Numbered from the stretch's first letter, positions 10,050-19,039 are shown. The stretch: 64,000 nt of DNA from Candidatus Latescibacterota bacterium (GCA_963667175.2 CAXXXF010000013.1:176705-240704), one strand, 5' to 3'. Program-made: numbers and translations. Notes: generated from the sequence alone by a model not told the origin.

Positions 10050-10242
10050 CAGTCCGTTGAAAAAGTCGCTCTGCAGGCGAGGCCGAGCCATTGTGGCCGA
10101 AGACAAGGCGCGCGACCGACGCGAATCCCTGGATTCGGGGAGGGAGCGCCTGCCTGCCGCGCTTCGCTTGGCGCAGGCAGGCAACGCCGTACTTCGGTCA
10201 CAAGGGCCGGACACAGCCCGGATGGACTTTTTCAACGGGCTG
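10050..10242. mobile_element. MITE copy 1 (193 bp; non-autonomous, IS5/IS1182-like ends)
   Basis: 18-bp terminal inverted repeats CAGTCCGTTGAAAAAGTC / GACTTTTTCAACGGGCTG, flanked by TTAA duplication (10046-49, 10243-46). Near-identical to 33264-33423 apart from a 33-bp insert. Confidence 0.9.
10149..10181. repeat. 33-bp palindromic mini-element CCTGCCTGC-N15-GCAGGCAGG inside MITE copy 1
   Basis: Present in copy 1 and absent from copy 2 at the same site (GAGCG^CAAC). Related copies at 56833-56901. Confidence 0.85.
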
Positions 10243-10293
10243 TTAAGCTTAGTGAAAAGAAAAATGAAGCGCGCCCCCGCGTGGGTTAACAGA

Positions 10294-11403
10294 ATGAGGG
10301 TCGCGCTCGCTCTTTGCCTGCTCGGCGCCGCGCCTTCGGTCCACGCCGAGGACTGGAATGCGGCGCGCCCCGATTACGCGTGGTCCTTTCCGCGCGATCA
10401 CTGGGCCCGGGCTGGATACAAGACCGAGTGGTGGTACTTCACGGGGCATCTGGCGTCCGCGGACGGCCGGCGTTTCGGGTACCAGTTCACCTTCTTCAGG
10501 GTCGGGATGTTGCCCCAAACGCCTTCGCTGGCGTCGGAATGGGCGACCGCCGATCTGATCATGGGCCACGCGGCCATCGGCGATCCGGCTACGGGACGGC
10601 ATTTGTTCAGCGAGATCATCTACCGGGTCACGCCGCTGCTGGGCGGGTTCGGCGCGTATCCCGACGCGCTTATCGCCTGGAGCCGGGCGCCCGCGGGTAC
10701 GGACGGGACGTGGACCCTGCGCTGGAACGGGTCCGGCTTCGATTTTTCGATGACCGACGTCCGGCAGGGTATCGCGTTTTCGCTGTCGACCACGCCGGCG
10801 AAGCCGCTGGTATTTCAGGGGCCGGACGGATACAGCCGAAAAGGAAAGGGACCGGCGTCCGCCAGCCAGTATTACAGCTTTACGCGCCTTGCGACGACCG
10901 GCGAGATCAGGCTGGCCGATGAGCGATTGGCGGTAACCGGCCAGAGCTGGATGGACAAGGAATTCGGGTCGCAACAACTCGAACCCCATCAGGCGGGGTG
11001 GGACTGGTTCAGCCTGCAGCTTGACGACGGGCGGGAGGCGATGCTGTACGTGCTTCGCGATACGACTGGCGCCGTGGATTTTTCGGGAGCGACCATCGTC
11101 TCGGCGGCTGGCGACGCCCGTTATCTGGCGCCGGAAGCGTTTTCCATTCGCGCGACGGAGACGTGGGAGAGCCCGGAGACCGACGCGGTCTATCCCGCGC
11201 GATGGGAGATCGCGCTGCCGGGCGAGGGCCTTCGGATGCTGATCCGGCCGGTCATGGCCGACCAGGAGAACCGCAGCCGGCTGATGAAATCGATGTTCTA
11301 CTGGGAAGGCGCGGTGGAAATCACCGGCCCCGACGGCAAATCTATGGGGCGGGGTTACGTGGAACTCGTGGGGTACGGGACGGGCAGCCGCCCGCGGCTA
11401 TAG
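10294..11403 (+). CDS. Secreted AttH/CrtC-like lipocalin-domain protein (carotenoid 1,2-hydratase-like)
   Basis: Signal peptide, then FPRDH, TEWWYFTG, GYQFTFFR, SWMDKEF, GWDWFSLQL and YWEGAV. The upstream ORF extension comes from the MITE. Confidence 0.85.
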   Translation: MRVALALCLLGAAPSVHAEDWNAARPDYAWSFPRDHWARAGYKTEWWYFTGHLASADGRRFGYQFTFFRVGMLPQTPSLASEWATADLIMGHAAIGDPATGRHLFSEIIYRVTPLLGGFGAYPDALIAWSRAPAGTDGTWTLRWNGSGFDFSMTDVRQGIAFSLSTTPAKPLVFQGPDGYSRKGKGPASASQYYSFTRLATTGEIRLADERLAVTGQSWMDKEFGSQQLEPHQAGWDWFSLQLDDGREAMLYVLRDTTGAVDFSGATIVSAAGDARYLAPEAFSIRATETWESPETDAVYPARWEIALPGEGLRMLIRPVMADQENRSRLMKSMFYWEGAVEITGPDGKSMGRGYVELVGYGTGSRPRL

Positions 11404-11481
11404 CAAAGAGCCGATTGAAGACGCGGATGGCGTGGGGATTCCTTCCAATGGATCGGGAACGGGATCCCCATTTTTCATGCC

Positions 11482-12720
11482 CTATCTGATTGACGTCGTT
11501 TCCTCCGGGAGTTCGCCCACGTACCGCGCGCGCGGGCGGATGATCCGTCCGATGCCGTACTGTTCGATCGCGTGGCCGATCCAGCCGACGGTTCTGCCCA
11601 TCGCGAACAGCGTCATCGCGCCCCCTGGCGGCAGGTTGAGAACGCGGGCGAGCGTTGCCAGCGCAAGGTCGACGTTATACGAAAGGCTGGTGACCTCGGA
11701 CGCCGCCGCAATGATCTCGAACGCGAGACCCACGGCCGGATGCTCCGAATGGGTTTCCCGGAGCATCCGGAGCAGAAGTCTCGCCCGGGGGTCATGGTCC
11801 CGGTAGATGACGTGACCGAAGCCCGGAAGGGCTTCGCCCCGCTTGAGGCGGTCGCGCATGGCCTGCTTTACGTCGGGACGGCTCTCCAACTCTTTGAAGA
11901 GGGCCTCGACCTGTTCGCTGGCGCCGCCGTGTTTATGGCCCTGAAAGGCGCTGAGTGCTGCCGTCACGACGGCATAGAGCGTCGCCCCTGTCGAGGCCAC
12001 GCAACGCGCCGTGAAGGCCGAAGCATTGAGTTCGTGGTCGGCGCAGAGGATGAGCGCGGCATTGATGAGAAACTCGGCGTGGTCGTCGCAGGGAGCCCAG
12101 GCCTGCTGGAGCGTACTCGCGATGCCCCCGCCATGGGTCCCGCCGCAGGCGACGGTTGCAAACCGGCGAAGGATTCGGCTGCCCGTCCGGACGGCCGATT
12201 CCGTTCGCAGGTCGTAGGACGCGTAGTCTTCACGCGCGGCCAGCGGCAGAAGGGTCTGGAGCGCCTCGACGGGCCGCATGTCCGGAAAGGCAGGCAGACC
12301 CATCTCGAGGGTCGGAGAGACAAGGCTGCCGCCGGAAGAGACCAATTCGGGAATTTCCGCTTCAGGGTTGCCCGTCCAGATGAGCGCCGCGACCTGTTCG
12401 ATACTGCGCTGCCGGGCGAGAACCATCGCGCTGCGGCCCCGGTAGTAGACGCAATCGTCGGTGATGAGGGTAATGGCCGATTCGAGGACCGGCGCGCCCG
12501 CGTGCAAGGCGTCTTCCGCGACGGTCTCCGGATTCCTGCGGCCCTTTTTCCTCGCCTTGTGCGTCCGCACGTCGTCTGCGTGGTACCTGCGGGTCCGACG
12601 GTTGTGTCCCGACGCCTCGGAGCGGATCAATCCGCGGCTCACGTAGGCGTAGAGGCTGTCCACGGAGACGTTCAACTCGCCGGCCGCCTCCCGGGCGGTG
12701 AGGTATCGGGCGTTTTTCAT
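11482..12720 (-). CDS. HTH-fused citrate synthase family protein (putative regulator)
   Basis: N-terminal YLTAREAAGELNVSVDSLYAYVSRGLI HTH, then DHELNAS, HGGA, GFGH..Y...DPRA and NVD. Confidence 0.85.
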   Translation of the reverse strand: MKNARYLTAREAAGELNVSVDSLYAYVSRGLIRSEASGHNRRTRRYHADDVRTHKARKKGRRNPETVAEDALHAGAPVLESAITLITDDCVYYRGRSAMVLARQRSIEQVAALIWTGNPEAEIPELVSSGGSLVSPTLEMGLPAFPDMRPVEALQTLLPLAAREDYASYDLRTESAVRTGSRILRRFATVACGGTHGGGIASTLQQAWAPCDDHAEFLINAALILCADHELNASAFTARCVASTGATLYAVVTAALSAFQGHKHGGASEQVEALFKELESRPDVKQAMRDRLKRGEALPGFGHVIYRDHDPRARLLLRMLRETHSEHPAVGLAFEIIAAASEVTSLSYNVDLALATLARVLNLPPGGAMTLFAMGRTVGWIGHAIEQYGIGRIIRPRARYVGELPEETTSIR

Positions 12721-12761
12721 GGCCAAGCCCTTTCTGAGAATACGATTAAATATACGATATA

Positions 12762-12796
12762 TTGATTTTACAATCAAGGTTGACAATATATATCAA
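12762..12796. promoter_or_regulatory. Tandem TTGA...TCAA inverted-repeat operators between divergent citrate-synthase genes
   Basis: TTGAT-N6-ATCAA (12762-12777) and TTGAC-N7-ATCAA (12780-12796) in an AT-rich divergent intergenic region. Confidence 0.55.
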
Positions 12797-12889
12797 TTGT
12801 TTAGAATTCATACAGAAACGGCGAATGCAAGCGGCAATTCGGTGTGTGCAAAACGCCCGCGAACGCGGGCAAGATTACAGGAGGACGAT

Positions 12890-14026
12890 ATGCCGGAACT
12901 GGAATTCGTTCCCGGCCTCAAGGGCGTGGTCGCGGCGCGGACGCGGCTGAGCAGGATCGACGGCGATGCGGGCGAGTTGATCCTTGGCGGGTTTCCGCTG
13001 GAATCGGTGGCGCGCAACGCGTCGTTTGAAGAGATGCTCTCCCTGTTGTGGCACGATCGGCTTCCGGATGCCGGTAAGTTGAACGAAGTCACGGAGGCGC
13101 TGGCAATACGGCGCGGGCTTCCTGAGGCGACCCACGCGGTACTCCGGGCAGCGGCAGCGAAGCGCGCGCCGGTGATCGATGCGCTCAGAATGGGCACGGC
13201 CGCGTTGAGCCTCGGGGTCGATGAAGACTCGGACGCATGGATGGACGCGTTGACTGTCGTCGCCCGGTTCCCCACGCTGGTCGCGGCATATTGGAGGTTG
13301 CTGAACGACGAGGAACCGGTTGGGCCGCGTCACGATTTGGGTCATGCGGCGAACTATCTATACATGTTGAATGGCGAGGAGGCGAGCGCCGCCCGGGTCC
13401 GCGCGATCGAAACCTACCTGAATACCGTGATGGACCACGGGATGAATGCATCCACCTTTACGGCGCGGGTAATTATCTCCACGCGATCCGATATGGTCTC
13501 CGCGGTAACGGGCGCCATTGGCGCTTTGAAGGGACCGCTGCACGGCGGCGCGCCGGGACCGGCGCTGGATATGGTGTTCGAGATCGGGAGCGTGGAAAAC
13601 GTGGAGCCGTATCTGCGTGCGAAACTGGATCGCGGGGAGCGGCTGATGGGGTTCGGCCACGCGGTCTACCGGGTGCGGGATCCGCGCGCGTCGGTGCTGG
13701 CGGCGGAGGCGGCGCGGTTCTTCAGCGAAGAAGGCGACCGGAAGGTGTACGATCTCGCCCTCGAGGTGGAACGTACCGCCGTGCGCCTGCTGGCCGAATT
13801 CAAACCGGGCCGGAATCTGGAGACGAACGTGGAGTTTTACACGGCGTTGCTGCTGCACGGTCTGGGCCTGCCGTCCGCGTTGTTCACGCCCACGTTTGCG
13901 GTGGGCCGCGTGGTTGGGTGGACGGCGCACGCACTCGAGCAGCGGGCGCAGGACCGGATCATCCGGCCGCGGGCGGAATACGTCGGCGCGACGGACCGGC
14001 GCTGGAAGCCTCTCGGCGAGAGATGA
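12890..14026 (+). CDS. Citrate synthase / 2-methylcitrate synthase
   Basis: AGGAGG SD. Motifs PGLKGV, DHGMNAST, KGPLHGGA, MGFGHAVYRVRDPRA, NVEFY and IIRP. Confidence 0.9.
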   Translation: MPELEFVPGLKGVVAARTRLSRIDGDAGELILGGFPLESVARNASFEEMLSLLWHDRLPDAGKLNEVTEALAIRRGLPEATHAVLRAAAAKRAPVIDALRMGTAALSLGVDEDSDAWMDALTVVARFPTLVAAYWRLLNDEEPVGPRHDLGHAANYLYMLNGEEASAARVRAIETYLNTVMDHGMNASTFTARVIISTRSDMVSAVTGAIGALKGPLHGGAPGPALDMVFEIGSVENVEPYLRAKLDRGERLMGFGHAVYRVRDPRASVLAAEAARFFSEEGDRKVYDLALEVERTAVRLLAEFKPGRNLETNVEFYTALLLHGLGLPSALFTPTFAVGRVVGWTAHALEQRAQDRIIRPRAEYVGATDRRWKPLGER

Positions 14027-14090
14027 CGTTGACGCAGGGCGGTTGAACTGCCTTGTGCAGTGAAACCGTCGCGCGGTTACCTGTTCGGAC

Positions 14091-14117
14091 GTACGGGCGA
14101 CCCTTGTGGTCGCCCGT
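14091..14117. repeat. GTAG-family REP-like hairpin
   Basis: GT-ACGGGCGACC-CTTGT-GGTCGCCCGT, a perfect 10-bp stem in the intergenic region. Confidence 0.5.
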
Positions 14118-14251
14118 TGTCATAATGGTTTGCTGTCAGAAAGGAATTGATCGGCTGGATTGCCAAAGGTATCTTGTCGGCGGTGTCAGAAGCGAATGGC
14201 GCCGCCGATTTTCAGTCTTTGCGTAGAGTACTTCCCGTACAAGAGGTGGGT

Positions 14252-15388
14252 ATGGACAGCGAAAGAGGGCGTCGGATATACGAAGATTTGGGCGTGAACC
14301 CCGTGATCAATGCGATGGGCAGCCAGACCGTTCTGGGCGGTTCACGGCTGTCTCCCGGGGTGCTGCGGGCCATGCAGGACGCGAACCGGTATTTTGTGGA
14401 TATGAAGGAACTGCTGAAGCGCTCGGGGGAAGTGATCGCCGGGATGCTCGGGGCGGAGGCGGCGCTGGTGACGCCCGGGTGCGCCTCGGTGCTGTCGCTG
14501 GGGTCGGCCGCGTGCATGACGGGAAACGACCCTGGAAGGATGGAACGGCTGCCGGACACCGCGGGGATGCGCGACGAGTTTCTGATTCAGTCCCGGCAGC
14601 GTTACAAGTACGAACGCTGTGTGACGGTGTACGGCGGAAAACTGGTGGAGGTGGGCGCCGAGAGCGGCACGACCGCGAGCCAGTTGCGGGAGGCGATGAC
14701 CGGTCGAACGGCCGGCCTGCTCTACGTTGCGCCCGGGGGCGGGGATGGCGTCGTTCCGCTGGAAGACGCCCTGGGCGTCGCGAAGGAGTGCGGTGTACCG
14801 GTGATCGTAGACGCGGCCTCCCAGATATTCCCGCTGGACGACATGTGCCGGTATCCGAGGATGGGCGCGGACGTGGTGGGGTACGGCGCCAAATATTTCG
14901 GGTCGTGCAACTCCACGGGGATCATGTGCGGGCGGAAAGACCTGGTGGACGCGGCTTTCACGCAGGGCTTTATCGGATTCGAGACCGAGGAACGGCGCAC
15001 GGTGGGACGCCCCATGAAGGTGGACCGCCAGGAGGTGATTGCCGTCACGGCCGCGCTGAAGGAGTGGTTCGAGATGGACCACGACGCGCGCTTTGCCGAT
15101 CACCGGCGCAAGGCCGATGAACTTTCTCACGCCCTGGATGGCGTCGTTCACGTCGAAGTCAATCACGTCGACGAAAAGCGCGGGCTCGGAAGCGGGCTGC
15201 TGATCCGGTTCGACGAGAACGCCGTGGGCAAGACCCGGTCGCAGGTCCTGGCCGAACTGAAGGAGGGCCGCCCGAGTATCGTGCTGGGGGATTCCGCAAA
15301 TGCGCTCCACGTGTCGGTGCCCACGTTGACGGACGAAGACCTGGGCGTCGTCGCCACGCGCCTGCGGGAGGTTCTGGGCGCGGCGTAA
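14252..15388 (+). CDS. SelA-like / DgaE-family PLP-dependent enzyme
   Basis: GVNPVINAMGSQTVLGGS, VIVDAA, GAKY (PLP lysine) and GRPMKV. GAGGT SD. Confidence 0.8.
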   Translation: MDSERGRRIYEDLGVNPVINAMGSQTVLGGSRLSPGVLRAMQDANRYFVDMKELLKRSGEVIAGMLGAEAALVTPGCASVLSLGSAACMTGNDPGRMERLPDTAGMRDEFLIQSRQRYKYERCVTVYGGKLVEVGAESGTTASQLREAMTGRTAGLLYVAPGGGDGVVPLEDALGVAKECGVPVIVDAASQIFPLDDMCRYPRMGADVVGYGAKYFGSCNSTGIMCGRKDLVDAAFTQGFIGFETEERRTVGRPMKVDRQEVIAVTAALKEWFEMDHDARFADHRRKADELSHALDGVVHVEVNHVDEKRGLGSGLLIRFDENAVGKTRSQVLAELKEGRPSIVLGDSANALHVSVPTLTDEDLGVVATRLREVLGAA

Positions 15389-15457
15389 GCGGCATGGGGG
15401 TGGCAACCGCGCCGGATGATCGGCGCCTGACTGTACGGCGACGTTACCACTTGGGGA

Positions 15458-16225
15458 ATGAGATTGAATTCAGCCGGGAAACAGTTCCATCGCCAGGCGG
15501 CGAAATACGCGGTGAGCGAAGCACATTCCTCCGGAGAAAGCCTGCGCATCCTCACGGAGTGGGCAGCCCTCGAACGCTACCCGCTGGGTCTGGATATCGC
15601 CACCGGTCCCGGGTTTACGGCGTTTGCGGTTGCAGCGTTCTGCGATACGGTCGTCGCCTCGGACGTCGCCCCGGGGATGCTGGATCAGGCCCGAAGAATC
15701 GCGGCCGAACGCGGCATTGCAAACGTCCGGTTCGAGATCATCGACGCGGGAGATATTCCGTATCCGGACGCATCCATCGATCTGGTCACCTGCCGGACCG
15801 CGCCCCACCATTTTCAGGACGTTCGGAAATTCCTCTCAGAAGTCCACCGGGTGTTGAGACCAGACAGCGTCTTTCTCCTGTGCGACACCACGACGTCGGA
15901 CGACCCGGACGTCGCGGCGTGGCACCATCGCGTGGAGGTGGCTCGGGACCCCACGCATGCAACCGCGGCAACACCGTCCGAGTGGCGCCGATACGTGACG
16001 GAGACGGGTTTCGACGTCACGCATGACGCGGCCACACGGGTGGACATGACGCTTCGGGAGTGGATAGACAGGTCAGGGACGCCAGCAGCGGCCCGTGAGA
16101 GATTGCATCGGGAGTTCGCCGCCGCGCCGGAGAACGTCAAGAGCGAGTTTGGGATTTGCCGTTCGGGCGACGACGACTTCGCGTTTTACTGGCCGGTTTT
16201 CTGTTGTCGGGCGGTGAAGATCTGA
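15458..16225 (+). CDS. Class I SAM-dependent methyltransferase
   Basis: LDIATGPG, DLVTCRTAPHHF, RVLRP and RDPTH. Confidence 0.85.
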   Translation: MRLNSAGKQFHRQAAKYAVSEAHSSGESLRILTEWAALERYPLGLDIATGPGFTAFAVAAFCDTVVASDVAPGMLDQARRIAAERGIANVRFEIIDAGDIPYPDASIDLVTCRTAPHHFQDVRKFLSEVHRVLRPDSVFLLCDTTTSDDPDVAAWHHRVEVARDPTHATAATPSEWRRYVTETGFDVTHDAATRVDMTLREWIDRSGTPAAARERLHREFAAAPENVKSEFGICRSGDDDFAFYWPVFCCRAVKI

Positions 16226-16298
16226 ACGGAGAGTCGGAAATCTCTGAAACCGCCCTATATCGATTTGCATCAACCATCGAAACCGGGAGATCGAAACC

Positions 16299-16712
16299 AT
16301 GCCGTCGACAACCGTTCCGACATGCAAGCTGATTCGCTCGCAGAAACGCTACACCGGCAAGCAGGACTTTACGTATCTCGAGGGTGTCATGGCCGAGAAC
16401 ACCGGCTCGCGTGCCTTATGCATGCACCTGCTGTCGATTCCGCCCGGCGAACGCGCCCGGGCCCACCTGCATGAAGACCACGAGACCGCGGTCTACGTCA
16501 TCAGCGGCAGGTCCGGACTGTGGTACGGCGACAAACTCGAGGAGCACATGTGGGTCGACAGCGGCGATTTCGTCTACATCCCGCCAGGCATCCCCCACCT
16601 TCCATATAATCCGAGCGAGACCGAAACCTGCACCGCCGTGATCGCCCGCACCGACCCCAACGAACAGGAAAGCGTCCGGCTGCTGCCGGAGCTGGACGAC
16701 ATTCACGGCTGA
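16299..16712 (+). CDS. Cupin-domain protein
   Basis: AHLHEDHETAVYVISG and GDFVYIPPGIPH cupin motifs. Confidence 0.85.
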   Translation: MPSTTVPTCKLIRSQKRYTGKQDFTYLEGVMAENTGSRALCMHLLSIPPGERARAHLHEDHETAVYVISGRSGLWYGDKLEEHMWVDSGDFVYIPPGIPHLPYNPSETETCTAVIARTDPNEQESVRLLPELDDIHG

Positions 16713-16773
16713 GGTGGCTTGCACCGTCGACGGAGACGCCAGGTGTGCCGACGAGGCTGCGAAGGATATCGAA

Positions 16774-17379
16774 TTACGACAATACACTTCGAATATACCC
16801 TAAGCCGTCGACGAATTTTGTCAGCAGTCGGCAATCGCGTTGAGTCAGTTCGGTTTCAATGTCCGGATTGGCGAAATCTCTGGAGTTTGTGGTTATGAAA
16901 CAGCGTGACTCGGGAGAACTCCTGTTCAGATGATCGACAACCGAAGCGTAAACGATCGAGTCTTGCGGAGAAAGGGTAAGCGTCCTTTGGAAATTTATCG
17001 CCGCTCTGATAATATTCAATCCAGTCGGTATTACTTCAACGGTCCCCAGGATTTCTTCCAGGGTTTCATCCAACCGGCGCTTCTCCTCCTCACCACTTCG
17101 GATCAACACGCCGGTGAGTTCGTCGAAATGTTTGGATGCATCCTCATAAGGACTTGAACGAGAAAGTTCCCGAATGGCTGTTGTAAGATCTTCGTGAATC
17201 CCGACTCTTCGCTTCGAGCGGCGAACCCACGTTTCGTAAGGTTCACCGATACTGAATGCGGGTAACACCATACGAATCTCCCCCGATTCCGATAGACGCA
17301 AAAGTGCCGAGCAATGCTCATGCTCGGCTTGAAGAAATGCCAGTTCAAGTACGAAATTCGACTCCAGGTATACAATCAT
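16774..17379 (-). CDS. PIN-domain ribonuclease-like protein
   Basis: VYLESNFV, SIGE, LSPQDSIVYAS and FITTNSRDF acidic PIN motifs. Confidence 0.75.
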   Translation of the reverse strand: MIVYLESNFVLELAFLQAEHEHCSALLRLSESGEIRMVLPAFSIGEPYETWVRRSKRRVGIHEDLTTAIRELSRSSPYEDASKHFDELTGVLIRSGEEEKRRLDETLEEILGTVEVIPTGLNIIRAAINFQRTLTLSPQDSIVYASVVDHLNRSSPESRCFITTNSRDFANPDIETELTQRDCRLLTKFVDGLGYIRSVLS

Positions 17380-17843
17380 GTCGTAGCTTCGAGTTCAAGG
17401 GAACCGTTTGTAACTGCTCTATATAATCCCGAGTCAAATATCCATTTGAGATTACCGTCAATCGAGTCAGGTCTCAGGTCCGCATGAAGTATATCTTCCA
17501 GCCACGACACCGTAAGCATTTCCAGCCCATATCGACTTAGTTCGATAAGGGATTGGTTGTATTTGAGATATGGTGCGAGTATGTCGCCAGCCTCGATCTT
17601 ATAGTCAGGTTTTGCCAGACGATCTGCTGTAGAAGACTCCGTCCAAAGGTATAGAAAGTCGGGGAGTACTAGCAGAAAGAAGGGCGCAGGAGGCAGAAAC
17701 GAATGGGCCAGCAAGTTGCGACGCATCAGGGTGACCCACTCGGCAGATGCACCGGGTACGTTCTTAATTTCCAGGACGAGTTGGAGTGTTCCATCGGCGC
17801 CGGACACCGCTATGTCGACGTTTCTCACTGTACGGACCTCCAC
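17376..17843 (-). CDS. Hypothetical protein with PD-(D/E)xK-like motif
   Basis: VDIAV...LVLEIKN. ATGA overlap with the PIN gene. Confidence 0.6.
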   Translation of the reverse strand: MEVRTVRNVDIAVSGADGTLQLVLEIKNVPGASAEWVTLMRRNLLAHSFLPPAPFFLLVLPDFLYLWTESSTADRLAKPDYKIEAGDILAPYLKYNQSLIELSRYGLEMLTVSWLEDILHADLRPDSIDGNLKWIFDSGLYRAVTNGSLELEATT

Positions 17844-17926
17844 GACGCGACTGGCTTCTAACGCGCGGAAAACTCACCCCGGGATTTGTGGAATAGACAG
17901 GCGGCTGTGATCCTGGTCGTGCCTTG

Positions 17927-17955
17927 ATAATACCCATGCTGTTCTGTCGTGTCAA
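17927..17955 (-). promoter_or_regulatory. sigma70-type promoter for the PD-(D/E)xK-PIN pair
   Basis: Minus strand TTGACA-17nt-TATTAT. Confidence 0.65.
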
Positions 17956-18135
17956 GCGATTGCTGGAAGAAAAATCCTCTAAATTGCGTTCGTCCATCGC
18001 TGGTTCTTCAGCAGCCTTCCCTTCTGGTAGTACAGCTCCGCCAGGGGCATTTCCTTTAGTGCTTCGTGCCCGAGCGCTTCCGCCCTGGTCAACCACTTCG
18101 AAACCTTCCCTCAGTTCGATTTGTTATCGATTGAT

Positions 18136-18168
18136 GCGCCGGCGGCTTTTGTCGCCGGTGTTTTTTTT
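18136..18168 (+). terminator. Rho-independent terminator
   Basis: GCGCCGGCGGC-TTTT-GTCGCCGGTGT stem running into a T8 tract. Confidence 0.7.
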
Positions 18169-18344
18169 GCGGGAAGCAGAGGTTGCGGCAGGCTGAAGAC
18201 CGTGCAAAGTGCAACATCGTTTCAGACGTGTGATGACGATTGGAACGGATCATTCAACGTTCCGCAGCGGGACGGCCGCCTGGCGAAGGGTTGAAGATAA
18301 ACTCGCATTTGCGGGCCAGCCAGTTACGCCGAGGGCATTGCGAA

Positions 18345-18359
18345 TGGCACGAGGATTGC
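18345..18359 (+). promoter_or_regulatory. sigma54 (-24/-12) promoter upstream of the precursor peptides
   Basis: TGGCACG-AGGA-TTGC matches the TGGCACG-N4-TTGC consensus exactly. Confidence 0.65.
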
Positions 18360-18587
18360 GAGTCAACTGCATCGACGGCGTCACGAACGGCAGATGTTGC
18401 GTGACAGGGCAATTCCGTTGATTCGCAGCCGAAGCGGACCCCGCGGCAGGTACGCCGCGGTCGTCAGACGCCATTCGAAACGCTTCGGACATCCTGGCAT
18501 TTCAGCGACGCGCAGCCGGCGCACTGATCTGCGACGTTGAAGATTGTTCCGGCATCGCTGAGATGTGAACGAAAGGAGGTGAGGGAC

Positions 18588-18779
18588 ATGAACAGAAGCA
18601 TTGCATCGAGCCCTGCGGCGTCTCACGAAGTTCCGACCCGTCTGCCGGTTCAGACGGAAGACCTGACCGCCGGGCAAACCGCGCGGGTCTCGGGAGGAAG
18701 AATACGCTGGTGGAACATATTCGGAGAACTATTCGGCGCCGATCCGCCGGAGACGGGTGATTCCGGTTCGGTACTGTAG
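18588..18779 (+). CDS. Double-glycine leader precursor peptide 1 (63 aa)
   Basis: AAAGGAGGT SD. Leader ends EDLTAGQTARVSGG; predicted core RIRWWNIFGELFGADPPETGDSGSVL. Confidence 0.7.
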   Translation: MNRSIASSPAASHEVPTRLPVQTEDLTAGQTARVSGGRIRWWNIFGELFGADPPETGDSGSVL

Positions 18780-18850
18780 TGGTGAAGGAACTCGTGAATC
18801 AGGTCTGACTGAGAGGCATCGCAGAGACAATTCAGAAAGGAGTTGACGAA

Positions 18851-19039
18851 GTGACTGATCGAATCCGACCGCAGCCGGCACATGCCTTCTTGGCCTGTGG
18901 CCAACTTCCAGGGCGGGAAACCAACCTTGCACCGCCTGAGATGAGGAATGCATCTGGTGGAATTGGTATGCCACCCATTTTACCAGTAGCGATTGCCAGA
19001 CTTATCGCCGAGGCAGTCGTAGATTATTTCGACGACTGA
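18851..19039 (+). CDS. Double-glycine leader precursor peptide 2 (62 aa)
   Basis: AAAGGAG SD, GTG start. Leader ends TNLAPPEMRNASGG; predicted core IGMPPILPVAIARLIAEAVVDYFDD. Confidence 0.7.
   Translation: MTDRIRPQPAHAFLACGQLPGRETNLAPPEMRNASGGIGMPPILPVAIARLIAEAVVDYFDD

Noticed and set aside
9348-10060. C-terminal half of the 452-aa ORF 8702-10060
   Set aside because: Arg-rich out-of-frame read-through after the break. The real coding frame is 9345-10049.
9666-10293. ORFs beginning MKKSLCRRGR / MKKSIRA (also at 33094-33690 and 33210-33416)
   Set aside because: These are translations of the MITE on either strand and of the tRNA antisense strand, not genes.
17979-18110. Minus-strand 43-codon stretch resembling a TPR helix (WLTRAEAL...AELYYQKGRLL)
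   Set aside because: Bounded by stops with no convincing start. At most a gene remnant, and not supportable without a search.
18209-18421. 70-aa ORF as a fourth precursor peptide
   Set aside because: No GG leader or clear SD, and it overlaps the sigma54 promoter and enhancer region.
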